From: Promethearchaeota archaeon
Lineage (GTDB): Archaea; Asgardarchaeota; Lokiarchaeia; Sigyniarchaeales; SOKP01
Assembly: GCA_016839705.1 (NCBI GenBank)
Contig: JAEOTR010000035.1
Coordinates: 1-64,000, forward strand
Direction: 5' to 3'
Length of the DNA stretch: 64,000 bases
In this document: one piece after another, positions 1 to 9,324 of the stretch
Layout: each line of letters begins with the position of its first letter
Position numbering within the stretch: position 1 is the stretch's first letter
Notes under the pieces: generated by a model
Told to the model about the DNA's origin: nothing
Seen by the model: only the letters and a program-made list of their open reading frames with translations
Database searches by the model: none
Made by a program: the position numbers and the translations under genes

Positions 1-1
1 T

Positions 2-145
2 GCGGCGTTTTCATTCTTTTTTGGCACTCGGACCCTTGATATTATGATAAGCTGGATAACTGCTTTCCTTTTTTGGGCTTTTATAGGTGCTCTGGTTTAC
101 TATATAATCATAAAAAAGAAAAGAAACAATAATTCAAGAAACTGA
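2..145 (+). CDS. 3' end of a membrane protein gene (partial, runs off window)
   Basis: Frame 2 is open from base 2: AAFSFFFGTRTLDIMISWITAFLFWAFIGALVYYIIIKKKRNNNSRN*, a TM helix plus basic tail; TGA at 143-145. Confidence 0.75.
   Translation, partial: AAFSFFFGTRTLDIMISWITAFLFWAFIGALVYYIIIKKKRNNNSRN
104..145 (+). repeat. imperfect direct repeat, copy 1 (gene 3' end)
   Basis: ATAATCATAAAAAAGAAAAGAAACAATAATTCAAGAAACTGA; matches 2132-2180. Confidence 0.75.
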
Positions 146-154
146 ATTACTTTT

Positions 155-2047
155 TTATTTTGCTTCTTTAGAATATGTATACAACTTAACTAATGGGATA
201 TAATCTTTTTCAAGCTCATTATCAATTATTTGTTGAATAAACTTGTATTTTGGTATAAGGCCTGCGTTTTTCATTACTTCTTGAGCTTCAATGGGCCAAT
301 CTTCACTTTCCTTAGAATGATAATAGTTATTATAAAGTTTATTTGTTGGCGAAGGTTCTGTTCGATTATCTGGAATTGAAAAATCAACCATCACTTTACT
401 ATCTGTCCAATTCTCAAATATTTCGTTGTTTTCGGATATAATTAGTCCTAACCATCCACCAATTCCTAATTCTGATTTTTGGGGCATATTTTTACAGACA
501 TTATTGTAGATTTTTACACCGTTAGTATACACATCTAAATAGATACCATTATTTCTATTTGATAATCCTGCTCCATTAAGATAATTATGATGAATACTTG
601 ATTTCCCTACATTACAACAAGAGATATATAATCCCCCATAATCCCCCATATTTGCTTGACCTACATCAGAAACCTTGTTCCATGCATATTCAATGTTAGC
701 AGTATGTTTTTTCCATGCAAGGAACCGCCAACCATTACGAACTGCAAGGGTAGGTACTTCCCGAATTTCATTATGGAATACTTTTACATTTCGTGAGAAT
801 TCTGAATATACAATAGCAGCCCCGATATCGTCAATTCCAGTATAACGCATATAATTATTGGTGATTTCGATTCCATCAAAAAATTTATCAGCGTTTTCCG
901 GAAGCACCCTACTTTTATTTTCATTACTCACAATAGTATTTGTTTGATTGAGAGAAATTGCTGCTCGTGAAATATCACAGAATCCGTTACCGACAATTTT
1001 AAGATCATTCCCTTTAAGATCAAAGTGAATTGCATCGGATCCAATATGCATAAAAATATTTGAATTAACCATAATAGAAAATCCAGCGTTAATCTGAAGA
1101 GCATTCTCTGGTTTTGGTGGATTTGCTTTTGTAGGCTCTGTAGGTGACCCGGCAGTAATACCCATTTTCGTACCACCACTATATTCAAAGGTTATACCTT
1201 TTATTTCTATGTTACTTATTGGATTATGTTCTGTTCCGTTTAGAAGTATAAATGTTCTTAAAGTTGAATATATCATCTCTGAATTTGCTTTAAATCCATC
1301 ACTTTCAAATGGTTTATAATAAATTATCGATTCCATACTATCAAGATACCACTCACCCTCATCTGTTAAAAACTCATATACATTTTCAAGAGCAATATCT
1401 GCATTAGAGATTACAAGACTATTCATCCAAATTAAGACAGCTTGATTCAGGACTCCTAAAGAACTCTGAGGGACTTTATAAGATTCGACACATTTAGGAT
1501 TCAATATTAGTCTTCGACCTTTAATCTGGTCTACTTTACATGGTATATGTCTCCATATGAATTTTTTACTAACTACAATATCATTGATATTTTCCCATTT
1601 AGAAATATCAATATTTGGATCTACGACATTGACACCTTTTCTAGTATTTTTAAATCCATTCGGGTTCCAACCAGACCAAGCCCTCCTTAATCGTTTTCCT
1701 TTATACCAAAGATGTTCAAAATACAATCCTGTAGGTATAGATGCTTTCCAAATGTTTTGGTCAACATCATGCAGGGACCAGTTGGTTATAATTTGAGCAC
1801 CTGAAAAAATAGGGGTTGAACCAGATTTATTTCCCCATCGAATTTTAAATCCATTAGAACCTGAATCTTCATTTGATAGCACAAAAGGAGTACTTAAAAA
1901 ATAGGTACCTTCATCTAGATACACATTAATATCAGACGACATGTCCTGATTAATCTTCCTAACCAATTCTTTCGCTTTTTCAAGGGTACAGGGGGAACTT
2001 TCACTTCCATCCCCACCACCATTTGGAGTCACATAGATATCTTTCAT
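155..2047 (-). CDS. right-handed parallel beta-helix protein (GH141-like / pectin-lyase fold), no signal peptide
   Basis: N-terminal IYVTPNGGGDGSESSPCTLEKA, LDEGTYFL, FLTDEGEWYLD, DYGGLY and GIYLD motifs; repeated IxNNxF-type PbH1 units. Confidence 0.75.
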   Translation of the reverse strand: MKDIYVTPNGGGDGSESSPCTLEKAKELVRKINQDMSSDINVYLDEGTYFLSTPFVLSNEDSGSNGFKIRWGNKSGSTPIFSGAQIITNWSLHDVDQNIWKASIPTGLYFEHLWYKGKRLRRAWSGWNPNGFKNTRKGVNVVDPNIDISKWENINDIVVSKKFIWRHIPCKVDQIKGRRLILNPKCVESYKVPQSSLGVLNQAVLIWMNSLVISNADIALENVYEFLTDEGEWYLDSMESIIYYKPFESDGFKANSEMIYSTLRTFILLNGTEHNPISNIEIKGITFEYSGGTKMGITAGSPTEPTKANPPKPENALQINAGFSIMVNSNIFMHIGSDAIHFDLKGNDLKIVGNGFCDISRAAISLNQTNTIVSNENKSRVLPENADKFFDGIEITNNYMRYTGIDDIGAAIVYSEFSRNVKVFHNEIREVPTLAVRNGWRFLAWKKHTANIEYAWNKVSDVGQANMGDYGGLYISCCNVGKSSIHHNYLNGAGLSNRNNGIYLDVYTNGVKIYNNVCKNMPQKSELGIGGWLGLIISENNEIFENWTDSKVMVDFSIPDNRTEPSPTNKLYNNYYHSKESEDWPIEAQEVMKNAGLIPKYKFIQQIIDNELEKDYIPLVKLYTYSKEAK

Positions 2048-2131
2048 TTTTCAAACTAATTTATTTTAGCGATAAAATTAACTATATTTATTGTTATTTT
2101 AATATTATTAGAAATCGTATAATTTAACAGG

Positions 2132-2180
2132 ATAACCATAAAAAAGAAAAAAGAAAAGAAACTATAATTCAAGAAATTGA
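2132..2180 (+). repeat. imperfect direct repeat, copy 2
   Basis: ATAACCATAAAAAAG-AAAAAAG-AAAAGAAACTATAATTCAAGAAATTGA = copy 1 with 3 substitutions and a 7-nt insertion. Confidence 0.75.
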
Positions 2181-2207
2181 TACCAAAAATTTTTAAAAAC
2201 TAAAATA

Positions 2208-3632
2208 ATGAATGAAGAAGCAGAAAAAGTACTTACATTGGTAGCTGAAAGAGCTCAGTTAGCAGAAAGTGTTGAAGGAGTTCGTTCTATTTTGTTTCAT
2301 ATGTATCGTTTTCCTTCTCTTAAGAATAAAATATTATCTCAAAAAACAGGTATTGCTATTCCCACTCTTGCTGCTGTCAGAAATGAATTGGTTAAAGCCG
2401 GTATTATTGAAAGAAGGAATTTTCTTGGGGAAAAAGGAAGAGAGTGGGTAAAGATAAATTTGAATCTACACTTTGAATATGATCCCCTCCCTGAAAACTT
2501 TAATAATCTTATAAAAGAGTTACCAGAAGAATTCTCGTATTTAAATAATATTAAAGATTATCTTGATAAACGACCTGCTCCAGAGTTCGCACTTGATCAA
2601 TCCCATGCAGACATCTCGACAGTAATAAAAAAAACTCTCTTTTTAATAAAGCGTGGAGATATTGAGGGTAGAAACATCATTTTCTTGGGAGATGATGATC
2701 TCATATCTTTAGCAGTAGGTTTAACTAAATTAGCAAAAAATATTACTGTATTAGATATAGACAACAGAATTTTAAATTATATTTCCAAATCAGTAGAGGA
2801 ACTCTCATTAAATGATTTCAAGGTTATATCACATGATTTAAGAGAGCCATGTCCTGATGATATAGTAAACAAATTTGATGTTGTGATAATGGATCCCCCT
2901 TATACTAATGAAGGGCTAAGATTGTTTCTAAAAAGAGCTAGTCAAATCTTAAAATCGAATATTAATATTAACGGTAAGAATTACTCTTTAATTGGTAAGA
3001 AATGTCTTCTCAGCTTTGGGAACAAACCTCCAGAACAAATGCAGAGATTGCAATTTTCGATATTAGATCATGGTTTTATCATTAATGAAATGATTCCTGA
3101 TTTTAATCATTATAAGGGGGCTAGTATTATTGGAAAGTTTAGCCATCTCTATTACTTACAATCAATTAATAATCCCAGCAGTAAGTATAATCTCAGTCTT
3201 ACTACAGGTCCAATTTATACATCTGAAGTAAAATCAAAAACCAAGTCTCAATTTATTCCTATTGGGTACCACTTTCTGGGAGAAATGCGTTTTACCGACC
3301 AAGAAATTTTATTAGACAATGAAAGAATACATAACATATTTATAAATTCTCTTATATCTGCAGATTTAACTATTCTCGATATATACCAACATAATTACCA
3401 CCCTTATGGATACAGTTCTGTTACAATATTAAAAACAAGTCATGCTGCGATACATACATGGCCAGAACATGGATATCTTAGTATTGATATTTTCATCTGT
3501 GAAGAAAAATCTAAAGGATTGAAAGTATTAAAAATCCTGAAGAATAAATTTGATCCTGAAAAATCCGAATTTTTCTATATAGAAAGAGGAAATGAATCTA
3601 TGATGAATTATGAACCAATCAAATTAGAATAG
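2208..3632 (+). CDS. N4-bis(aminopropyl)spermidine synthase (BpsA-like) fused to a C-terminal pyruvoyl-dependent S-adenosylmethionine decarboxylase (SpeD/SpeH-like)
   Basis: N-terminal wHTH; RP...DQ, FLGDDDLISLA, DID, HDLR and MDPPY of BpsA; C-terminal GYHFLGE..YGYS..ILKTSHAAIHTWPEHGYLSIDIFIC of the AdoMetDC proenzyme. Confidence 0.85.
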   Translation: MNEEAEKVLTLVAERAQLAESVEGVRSILFHMYRFPSLKNKILSQKTGIAIPTLAAVRNELVKAGIIERRNFLGEKGREWVKINLNLHFEYDPLPENFNNLIKELPEEFSYLNNIKDYLDKRPAPEFALDQSHADISTVIKKTLFLIKRGDIEGRNIIFLGDDDLISLAVGLTKLAKNITVLDIDNRILNYISKSVEELSLNDFKVISHDLREPCPDDIVNKFDVVIMDPPYTNEGLRLFLKRASQILKSNININGKNYSLIGKKCLLSFGNKPPEQMQRLQFSILDHGFIINEMIPDFNHYKGASIIGKFSHLYYLQSINNPSSKYNLSLTTGPIYTSEVKSKTKSQFIPIGYHFLGEMRFTDQEILLDNERIHNIFINSLISADLTILDIYQHNYHPYGYSSVTILKTSHAAIHTWPEHGYLSIDIFICEEKSKGLKVLKILKNKFDPEKSEFFYIERGNESMMNYEPIKLE

Positions 3633-3674
3633 AAGTACCTCAAGAAATTCTTGATTTAATAGTTCTTTTCTGGT

Positions 3675-4295
3675 CTAAATTTTATGTCTTAACATAAACC
3701 ATTCTTTCACTTGAGTTTCAGGGATTACCAACTCTTTAACTGTTTCAAATCCCAATTTTTCATAAAATTTCACATTTTTCAAGGTTGATGTTTCAAGAAA
3801 TACAGGAAGTCCTTGTATATCAATCTTCTTAAGCATATTTCTCATTAAAGCATTTCCATATCCTTTTCCTTGATGAATAGGTTCTACCCCCAAACATTGT
3901 AAATACCAATGCTCCCCCGAAGCAAATTGTTTATGAGCGGCTTCATTGCATTTATTGACAGGATTAAACCTTTTTTGTACACCCATTCCCAATTTATACC
4001 CTTTTCCTTTAATAGCACATCTGAGTAGTCTCAACATCTTTGTATGATATTTTTCAAAAGGAATCCAGATAGCTACTCCTTCTAGGTTTGGTGAAATTGC
4101 ATACACTTCACCCCATCTTACTCCATAACACATTGTCATCTGAAATATATATTTAATTTTAGCTTTCCTTTCATCATCATCAGGAAGAACATGAACAGAA
4201 ACAGGATCATTATACAACGCTCGACCTAGAACCTCACCAACTTTAGATATATGACTTTTATTCAGTCTAACGATCTTATTTTCCATTGTACTCAC
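3675..4295 (-). CDS. GNAT family N-acetyltransferase
   Basis: WYLQCLGVEPIHQGKGYG motif A; LETS..NVKFYEKLGF motif B. Confidence 0.9.
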   Translation of the reverse strand: MSTMENKIVRLNKSHISKVGEVLGRALYNDPVSVHVLPDDDERKAKIKYIFQMTMCYGVRWGEVYAISPNLEGVAIWIPFEKYHTKMLRLLRCAIKGKGYKLGMGVQKRFNPVNKCNEAAHKQFASGEHWYLQCLGVEPIHQGKGYGNALMRNMLKKIDIQGLPVFLETSTLKNVKFYEKLGFETVKELVIPETQVKEWFMLRHKI

Positions 4296-4412
4296 TCCTT
4301 TAAATGATTCTTAATTTTAAAATATCTTTCAAAGTCACTTGGTTTTATAAAAATTTTAAAAACAGAGGGGAATATTAAAGATTTAACTAAAAAATAAAGT
4401 AATTAGATTCCA

Positions 4413-4865
4413 ATGAAAAATGAGGATTATGTAACCTATTGCGGTTTATATTGTAAACTATGCGGAAAACATCAAGATATTCCTAAAAAAGCAAGTGATT
4501 TGAAAAAGCTATTAATTAAAGAGGATTTTGATGAATGGGGAAATCAGTTTAAGGAATATAATGATTTTTGGATAATGCTTAACAGATTAATCGATGTCGG
4601 AGATGATGAATGTTGTAAAACCGATAAATGTGGAGCCCCCTTCTGTGGAATAAGAAAATGTGCCAAAGCAAAGAAAATAGTAGCATGTCCTTTTTGTAAT
4701 GAATATCCCTGTGAAATAATAAAACCCCTTGCAAAACGTGAAGGAACACTATTATTTGATGGCTATAGATTGAGAGATCTCGGATTAGAAGAATGGATTA
4801 AAGAACAAGAAATCCGAAGGGAAGAAGGATTTTGTTATGCGGATGTTAGAAGTGGGAAAGAATAA
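4413..4865 (+). CDS. DUF3795-type Cys-rich protein
   Basis: YCGLYCKLC ... CGIRKCAKAK..ACPFCNEYPC. Confidence 0.8.
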   Translation: MKNEDYVTYCGLYCKLCGKHQDIPKKASDLKKLLIKEDFDEWGNQFKEYNDFWIMLNRLIDVGDDECCKTDKCGAPFCGIRKCAKAKKIVACPFCNEYPCEIIKPLAKREGTLLFDGYRLRDLGLEEWIKEQEIRREEGFCYADVRSGKE

Positions 4866-4897
4866 ATCCCTAGATAAATTATAGTAGAAAAGAGGTA

Positions 4898-5590
4898 ATT
4901 TATATTATTGGGATTTACTTTGATTTTTTCGGTACCCTAATCGATTCACGTTATGCAATTACGAAGGTTTGGTCACGAATTGCTAAAAGATTAGGAATGG
5001 AGATCGATTCTGATGATCCAAGAATATGGACGGGACTGCAAAAACAGCGGAAGGAGATGGACAAGATGGATAAACTTTCCATCAATTTATCAGAAGAGGA
5101 ATGGAATTCCATAAATGTTATTTTCCTTGATAGTATTGGTGTTAAAAGCAAAGGGTCGAAGGAAATCATAAGTGAAGAATTTCAACTGAAGAATTTCTTT
5201 AAGACTTATCGCTTGTATCCTGGATGTAGAGAAACCTTAGAACAACTTAAAACTAAAAATATTAAGATTGGGCTGCACACACATGCTCCTCGTGACCCTT
5301 GCCAGTTAAAATTGAAAGAATTGAAAATTTTTGAATTTTTTGATATTTTTATTCACACTCAGGATTTCGGTTTTAATAAATCACATATAGAGATTTACCA
5401 GATTGCTTTAGATGCTATGAAAACTAGAAATCCTGATAAAATCTTTCATGTAGGAGACGATCTAGAATTGGATGTTAAAATGGCTCAGAAAGTAGGAATG
5501 ACTCCCATTCTCTTTGATCCTGACAAGAAATATTCACTAAAAGACATTAGAGTTATTAGTGAACTACCCGAAGTATTGAAGTTTCTATAA
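4898..5590 (+). CDS. HAD-superfamily hydrolase (starts upstream of the ORF-track ATG; ATT start inferred)
   Basis: HAD motif I (IYFDFFGTL) lies at 4913-4939, in frame upstream of ATG 4997; motif IV HVGDDLELDV. Confidence 0.8.
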   Translation: MYIIGIYFDFFGTLIDSRYAITKVWSRIAKRLGMEIDSDDPRIWTGLQKQRKEMDKMDKLSINLSEEEWNSINVIFLDSIGVKSKGSKEIISEEFQLKNFFKTYRLYPGCRETLEQLKTKNIKIGLHTHAPRDPCQLKLKELKIFEFFDIFIHTQDFGFNKSHIEIYQIALDAMKTRNPDKIFHVGDDLELDVKMAQKVGMTPILFDPDKKYSLKDIRVISELPEVLKFL

Positions 5591-5712
5591 TATAACCTTC
5601 AAGATAGAACGAATGGAAGTTATAATAATTCAATAATCTCTCAATATTATTGTCTTTTTTAATATAAATTGTGAGTTTTTTACTTAATTTTCAATAATTA
5701 AAAAGGAAAAAT

Positions 5713-6390
5713 ATGTCTAATTCTATAGGAATCTTAAGAGAAAGTTCGTTTCACTCCGCTTTAAAGCAATGGTATAAAGAACCAGGAGACAAAATTGAAG
5801 AGCCTATTGATAATTATATAATAGATATTGTTCGAGACAACCTCCTTATTGAAATTCAAACAGGAAATTTTTCATCAATTAGGAAAAAGCTTGAAAAACT
5901 TACCGAAAGTTATGAAGTTAGGTTAGTTTATCCCATAGTGCGAGATAAAAAAATAGTTAAAATGGATGCAGGAGGGAATAAAGTAATTAACGTGAGAACT
6001 TCTCCAAACCATGGTACTTACTATGATATATTTGAGGAACTAATCAGAATTCCTCATCTTGTTCCTAAAATGAATTTTACTATTGAAGTGGTACTAGTTC
6101 AAATAAAAGAATTTCGTAAGAATGATGGAAAGGAGAGTTGGAGAAGAAAGGGTTGGAGAATCTATGACAGAAAATTAGTTAATATATTAGAAAGAAAGCT
6201 GTTTTACACACCTATTGATTTTCTAATGTTAAAACCTGCAAGCCTGAAAACTCCATTTACTAATGCTGAACTTGCATACTCACTTGAAAAGTCTGTAAGA
6301 TTGGCCCAAAAGATGAGCTACTGTCTAAGAAAAATGGGAATACTAAAAGTTATTGGAAAACAAGGAAAAAGTTTTCTGTATAGCTTTTAA
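5713..6390 (+). CDS. hypothetical protein, PD-(D/E)XK nuclease-like
   Basis: ESSFHSALK...IIDIV..LLIEIQT resembles a D..EIQ nuclease centre; C-terminal wHTH-like segment. Confidence 0.6.
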   Translation: MSNSIGILRESSFHSALKQWYKEPGDKIEEPIDNYIIDIVRDNLLIEIQTGNFSSIRKKLEKLTESYEVRLVYPIVRDKKIVKMDAGGNKVINVRTSPNHGTYYDIFEELIRIPHLVPKMNFTIEVVLVQIKEFRKNDGKESWRRKGWRIYDRKLVNILERKLFYTPIDFLMLKPASLKTPFTNAELAYSLEKSVRLAQKMSYCLRKMGILKVIGKQGKSFLYSF

Positions 6391-6619
6391 TTGAAAGTCA
6401 AGAATACCTAATTTTAATAAATAACAGATTTTTGGGTTTTTCACTATAAATCGTATCTAATTACCTTATTATCTGGAATTAAGTACTTCTTAAAGTATAA
6501 AATTTATATTTGACTTCACATTAAAAAAAAGTACGGTTTATCCAATTTTGTAAACTAAAATCAAATTCAAAATTTCCTCAAAATTAAAAATTGAGTAAAA
6601 GACCATTGGTGCTAAAAAT

Positions 6620-7591
6620 ATGGTTCAAGAAAAATCTTTTATACCAGAAATTTGGACTCAAGAATTAACAAAAATTTACGATAGAGGTGAAAATCGCGTA
6701 AAAGCGGTGGATAAAATTAATATTACAATGGAACCCGGAGTACACGGCTTTTTAGGTCCAAATGGTGCGGGAAAAACTTCAACAATTAATATGTTGATAG
6801 GAGCAATTTCAATTACAGAAGGAAAAGCAAAAGTTAAAGGTGAATACGCAGGTTCTGTAAGAGCGCGAAGATTAATAGGTTTTCTACCTCAAAATCCCTC
6901 CTTTTATGACAGAATGACTGGAGAACAATATTTGAAATTTGTTGGGGAATTAAGTGGTTTGAAGAGAAAATATGCAAAAGAAAAAGCTCTTGAACTACTT
7001 GGAAATCTGGAGTTATTAGAGGCTCGATGCAGAAAAATCGAAAAATATTCAGAGGGAATGAAACAGCGAATTGGCATTGCTGCAGCTCTAATACACGATC
7101 CTGAATTATTAATAATGGATGAACCAACATCGAATTTAGATCCCATAGGGCGAGCTAACATTATTAAAGATATTAAAGAATTGTCAAAAAAAATGAGTGT
7201 ATTCGTTTCTAGTCATATTTTATCTGAAGTAGAACAAATGTGTGAAAAAGTTACAATTATTAACAAGGGTAAAATTGTTCTAACAGACACGATTAAGAAT
7301 ATTAAAAAGTTATATTCAATCAAGGGGAGTCAGAACATTGTTATTCTTGATACTAGTTCAAATGAAAAAATAATACAACAATTAAAGGAAAGGGATTATA
7401 TCACCAATGCTTGGATAGATGACACAGATAATAAGATACATATGATATCAAAGGATCTTGAAATGCTTCAGAAGTCTATTCCTAAAATGATTATCGAAAA
7501 TGATATAATATTAAGAGAATTTCATCAACTTGAATCCTCATTGCAGGATATATTTATTGAAATAATAGAAGATGGGGTGAAGAATGAATGA
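6620..7591 (+). CDS. ABC-2 type transporter ATP-binding protein
   Basis: GPNGAGKT Walker A; YSEGMKQR signature; LIMDEPTSNLDP; SSH switch. Confidence 0.95.
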   Translation: MVQEKSFIPEIWTQELTKIYDRGENRVKAVDKINITMEPGVHGFLGPNGAGKTSTINMLIGAISITEGKAKVKGEYAGSVRARRLIGFLPQNPSFYDRMTGEQYLKFVGELSGLKRKYAKEKALELLGNLELLEARCRKIEKYSEGMKQRIGIAAALIHDPELLIMDEPTSNLDPIGRANIIKDIKELSKKMSVFVSSHILSEVEQMCEKVTIINKGKIVLTDTIKNIKKLYSIKGSQNIVILDTSSNEKIIQQLKERDYITNAWIDDTDNKIHMISKDLEMLQKSIPKMIIENDIILREFHQLESSLQDIFIEIIEDGVKNE

Positions 7592-8541
7592 ATGCTCAAA
7601 TATCCAATCCAGTAAATAAAAATCTTAGAGAAATAAAACCTTATACTACAGCTAGCTTTACACCTTCTTTCGCATTGATTAGAAAAACTTTAATTTTTGA
7701 TTTGTTGACATTAAAAAGAATAATTATCTCTGTTTTCTTTATGGTGTTCATTCCTGCATTAATCTTGGCTTTTACACCACAGTATGTGCTTTCTGGAGAA
7801 CAACATGTAGTACAATTATTAGGATTTGCTACATGGTATTATAATTTTGCTATAATGTTTCCAATTATTGTTATAGGTTCTACAGGACCCTTAATTTCTG
7901 AGGAATTACGATCGGGAACACTGTTATTTTTAGTAAGTAAACCTATTAGTCGAACAAAAATAATTCTTAGTAAATTTATCGCACTATTTGTATTTGGAAC
8001 TACAATAAGCTTCCTAAGTTTATCTATCATTTGCATAATCGCAATAATGAAATATTCTTTTGTTGATATTGGTTCTTATTTGGGAATATTTTTTCTCTAT
8101 GGGTTAATAATTACATTGTTTTTTGGGGGTATCACGATGGGCTTTTCATCAATTTTTAGTAGACCAAGAAATGTTTTACTTCTCCCTTTGGCATTAGTAA
8201 TTTTTTCATTTCTTGTTATGATGATGTTTAAACCACTCCTACTATTCGCTATCGATAACTGGTATGAAGATTTATTTTTGTATAATTTCGACATAGGATA
8301 TCATTTTAGCAACATTTTTTTGTGGATAGGAGAATCTTTTGATCCTGAAATCTTGAATTACTTTGCAATGATTTTTTGGATGTTTGGGATTACTAAAATG
8401 GAATTTACAGGTTATGAAATGAATTATGTAAAAACCAACTATTATCATCCTGTGGTTTCATTTTTAATTTTGATTGGGATTGCTGGAATGCTTATAATCA
8501 TCGGAGTAATCTCCCTAAAAAAGCGTGATATTTCCGGATAA
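7588..8541 (+). CDS. ABC-2 type transporter permease
   Basis: 6 TM; ISEELRSGTLLFLVSKPISRTKIILSKF motif; overlaps the ATPase stop. Confidence 0.9.
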   Translation: MNAQISNPVNKNLREIKPYTTASFTPSFALIRKTLIFDLLTLKRIIISVFFMVFIPALILAFTPQYVLSGEQHVVQLLGFATWYYNFAIMFPIIVIGSTGPLISEELRSGTLLFLVSKPISRTKIILSKFIALFVFGTTISFLSLSIICIIAIMKYSFVDIGSYLGIFFLYGLIITLFFGGITMGFSSIFSRPRNVLLLPLALVIFSFLVMMMFKPLLLFAIDNWYEDLFLYNFDIGYHFSNIFLWIGESFDPEILNYFAMIFWMFGITKMEFTGYEMNYVKTNYYHPVVSFLILIGIAGMLIIIGVISLKKRDISG

Positions 8542-8764
8542 TCTTCATATTTTAAATTTTTAAAAGATGAGGAAAAGCTTTCCCATTTAATTTATTATGA
8601 AATAAATGCTCCTATATTGATTCATCGAAGAAATCAGCAATCATTTTGTATAATTCTTCTTGATTTTTAGTTTAAGAATAAAATTGTATATCTGATACCT
8701 CTCTTTTAACGTCAGATTGAGCATTTATAATAAAAGTTTTAAAATAACCTACATAAGATAAAAT

Positions 8765-9313
8765 ATGCAAGTTTTAGGAATCATTGGCAGTCCACGTCTC
8801 GGTGGAAACACCGATAGTTTAGTTGATGAAGTATTAGCTGGTGCAGAAGAAGCAGGTGCATCTACGGAGAAAATTATATTAAATAAATTAAACATCAAAC
8901 CATGTCAAGCCTGTAACACTTGTCATAAAACAGGTCAATGTGCACAAAAAGATGATATGGCTGATTTGCTGGATAAAATGCTACAGAGTGATCTTTGGAT
9001 ATTAGGTACTCCTATCTATTGGTGGGGTCCAACAGCACAGTTTAAAGCATTTTTAGATAGATGGTATCACCCAAAACACGAAGGATTCAAAGGAAAGCGT
9101 GTTATTCTTGTTATTCCTTTAGGAGGGGGAAATGAAAAATATGCTAGGCATACAGTTGGTCTACTTGAAGATGTATTTAATTACTTAGGTATTCAATTAG
9201 TTGAGAGTGTAATTGCTCCTGGTTTTAATCGTTATGGTGAGGTTAAAAATGATTCTGGTTTGTTAAAAAAAGCTCGTAAAGCTGGAAAAGAAGCAGCAGA
9301 AAATTTCGGGTGA
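8765..9313 (+). CDS. flavodoxin-family / iron-sulfur flavoprotein (NADPH-dependent FMN reductase)
   Basis: GSPRLGGNT; CQACNTCHKTGQC; GTPIYW. Confidence 0.9.
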   Translation: MQVLGIIGSPRLGGNTDSLVDEVLAGAEEAGASTEKIILNKLNIKPCQACNTCHKTGQCAQKDDMADLLDKMLQSDLWILGTPIYWWGPTAQFKAFLDRWYHPKHEGFKGKRVILVIPLGGGNEKYARHTVGLLEDVFNYLGIQLVESVIAPGFNRYGEVKNDSGLLKKARKAGKEAAENFG

Positions 9314-9324
9314 TTATTTAGTTA

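Noticed and set aside
3640-3671. Inverted near-copy (AGAAAAGAACTATTAAATCAAGAATTT on minus strand) of the 2152-2180 repeat, overlapping palindrome TCAAGAAATTCTTGA
   Set aside because: Needs two gaps in very A-rich sequence; cannot be distinguished from chance, so not called as terminal inverted repeats around bpsA-speD.
8612-8672. Minus-strand remnant KNQEELYKMIADFFDESI*
   Set aside because: Looks like a gene 3' end but is too short to assign and has no partner copy in the window.
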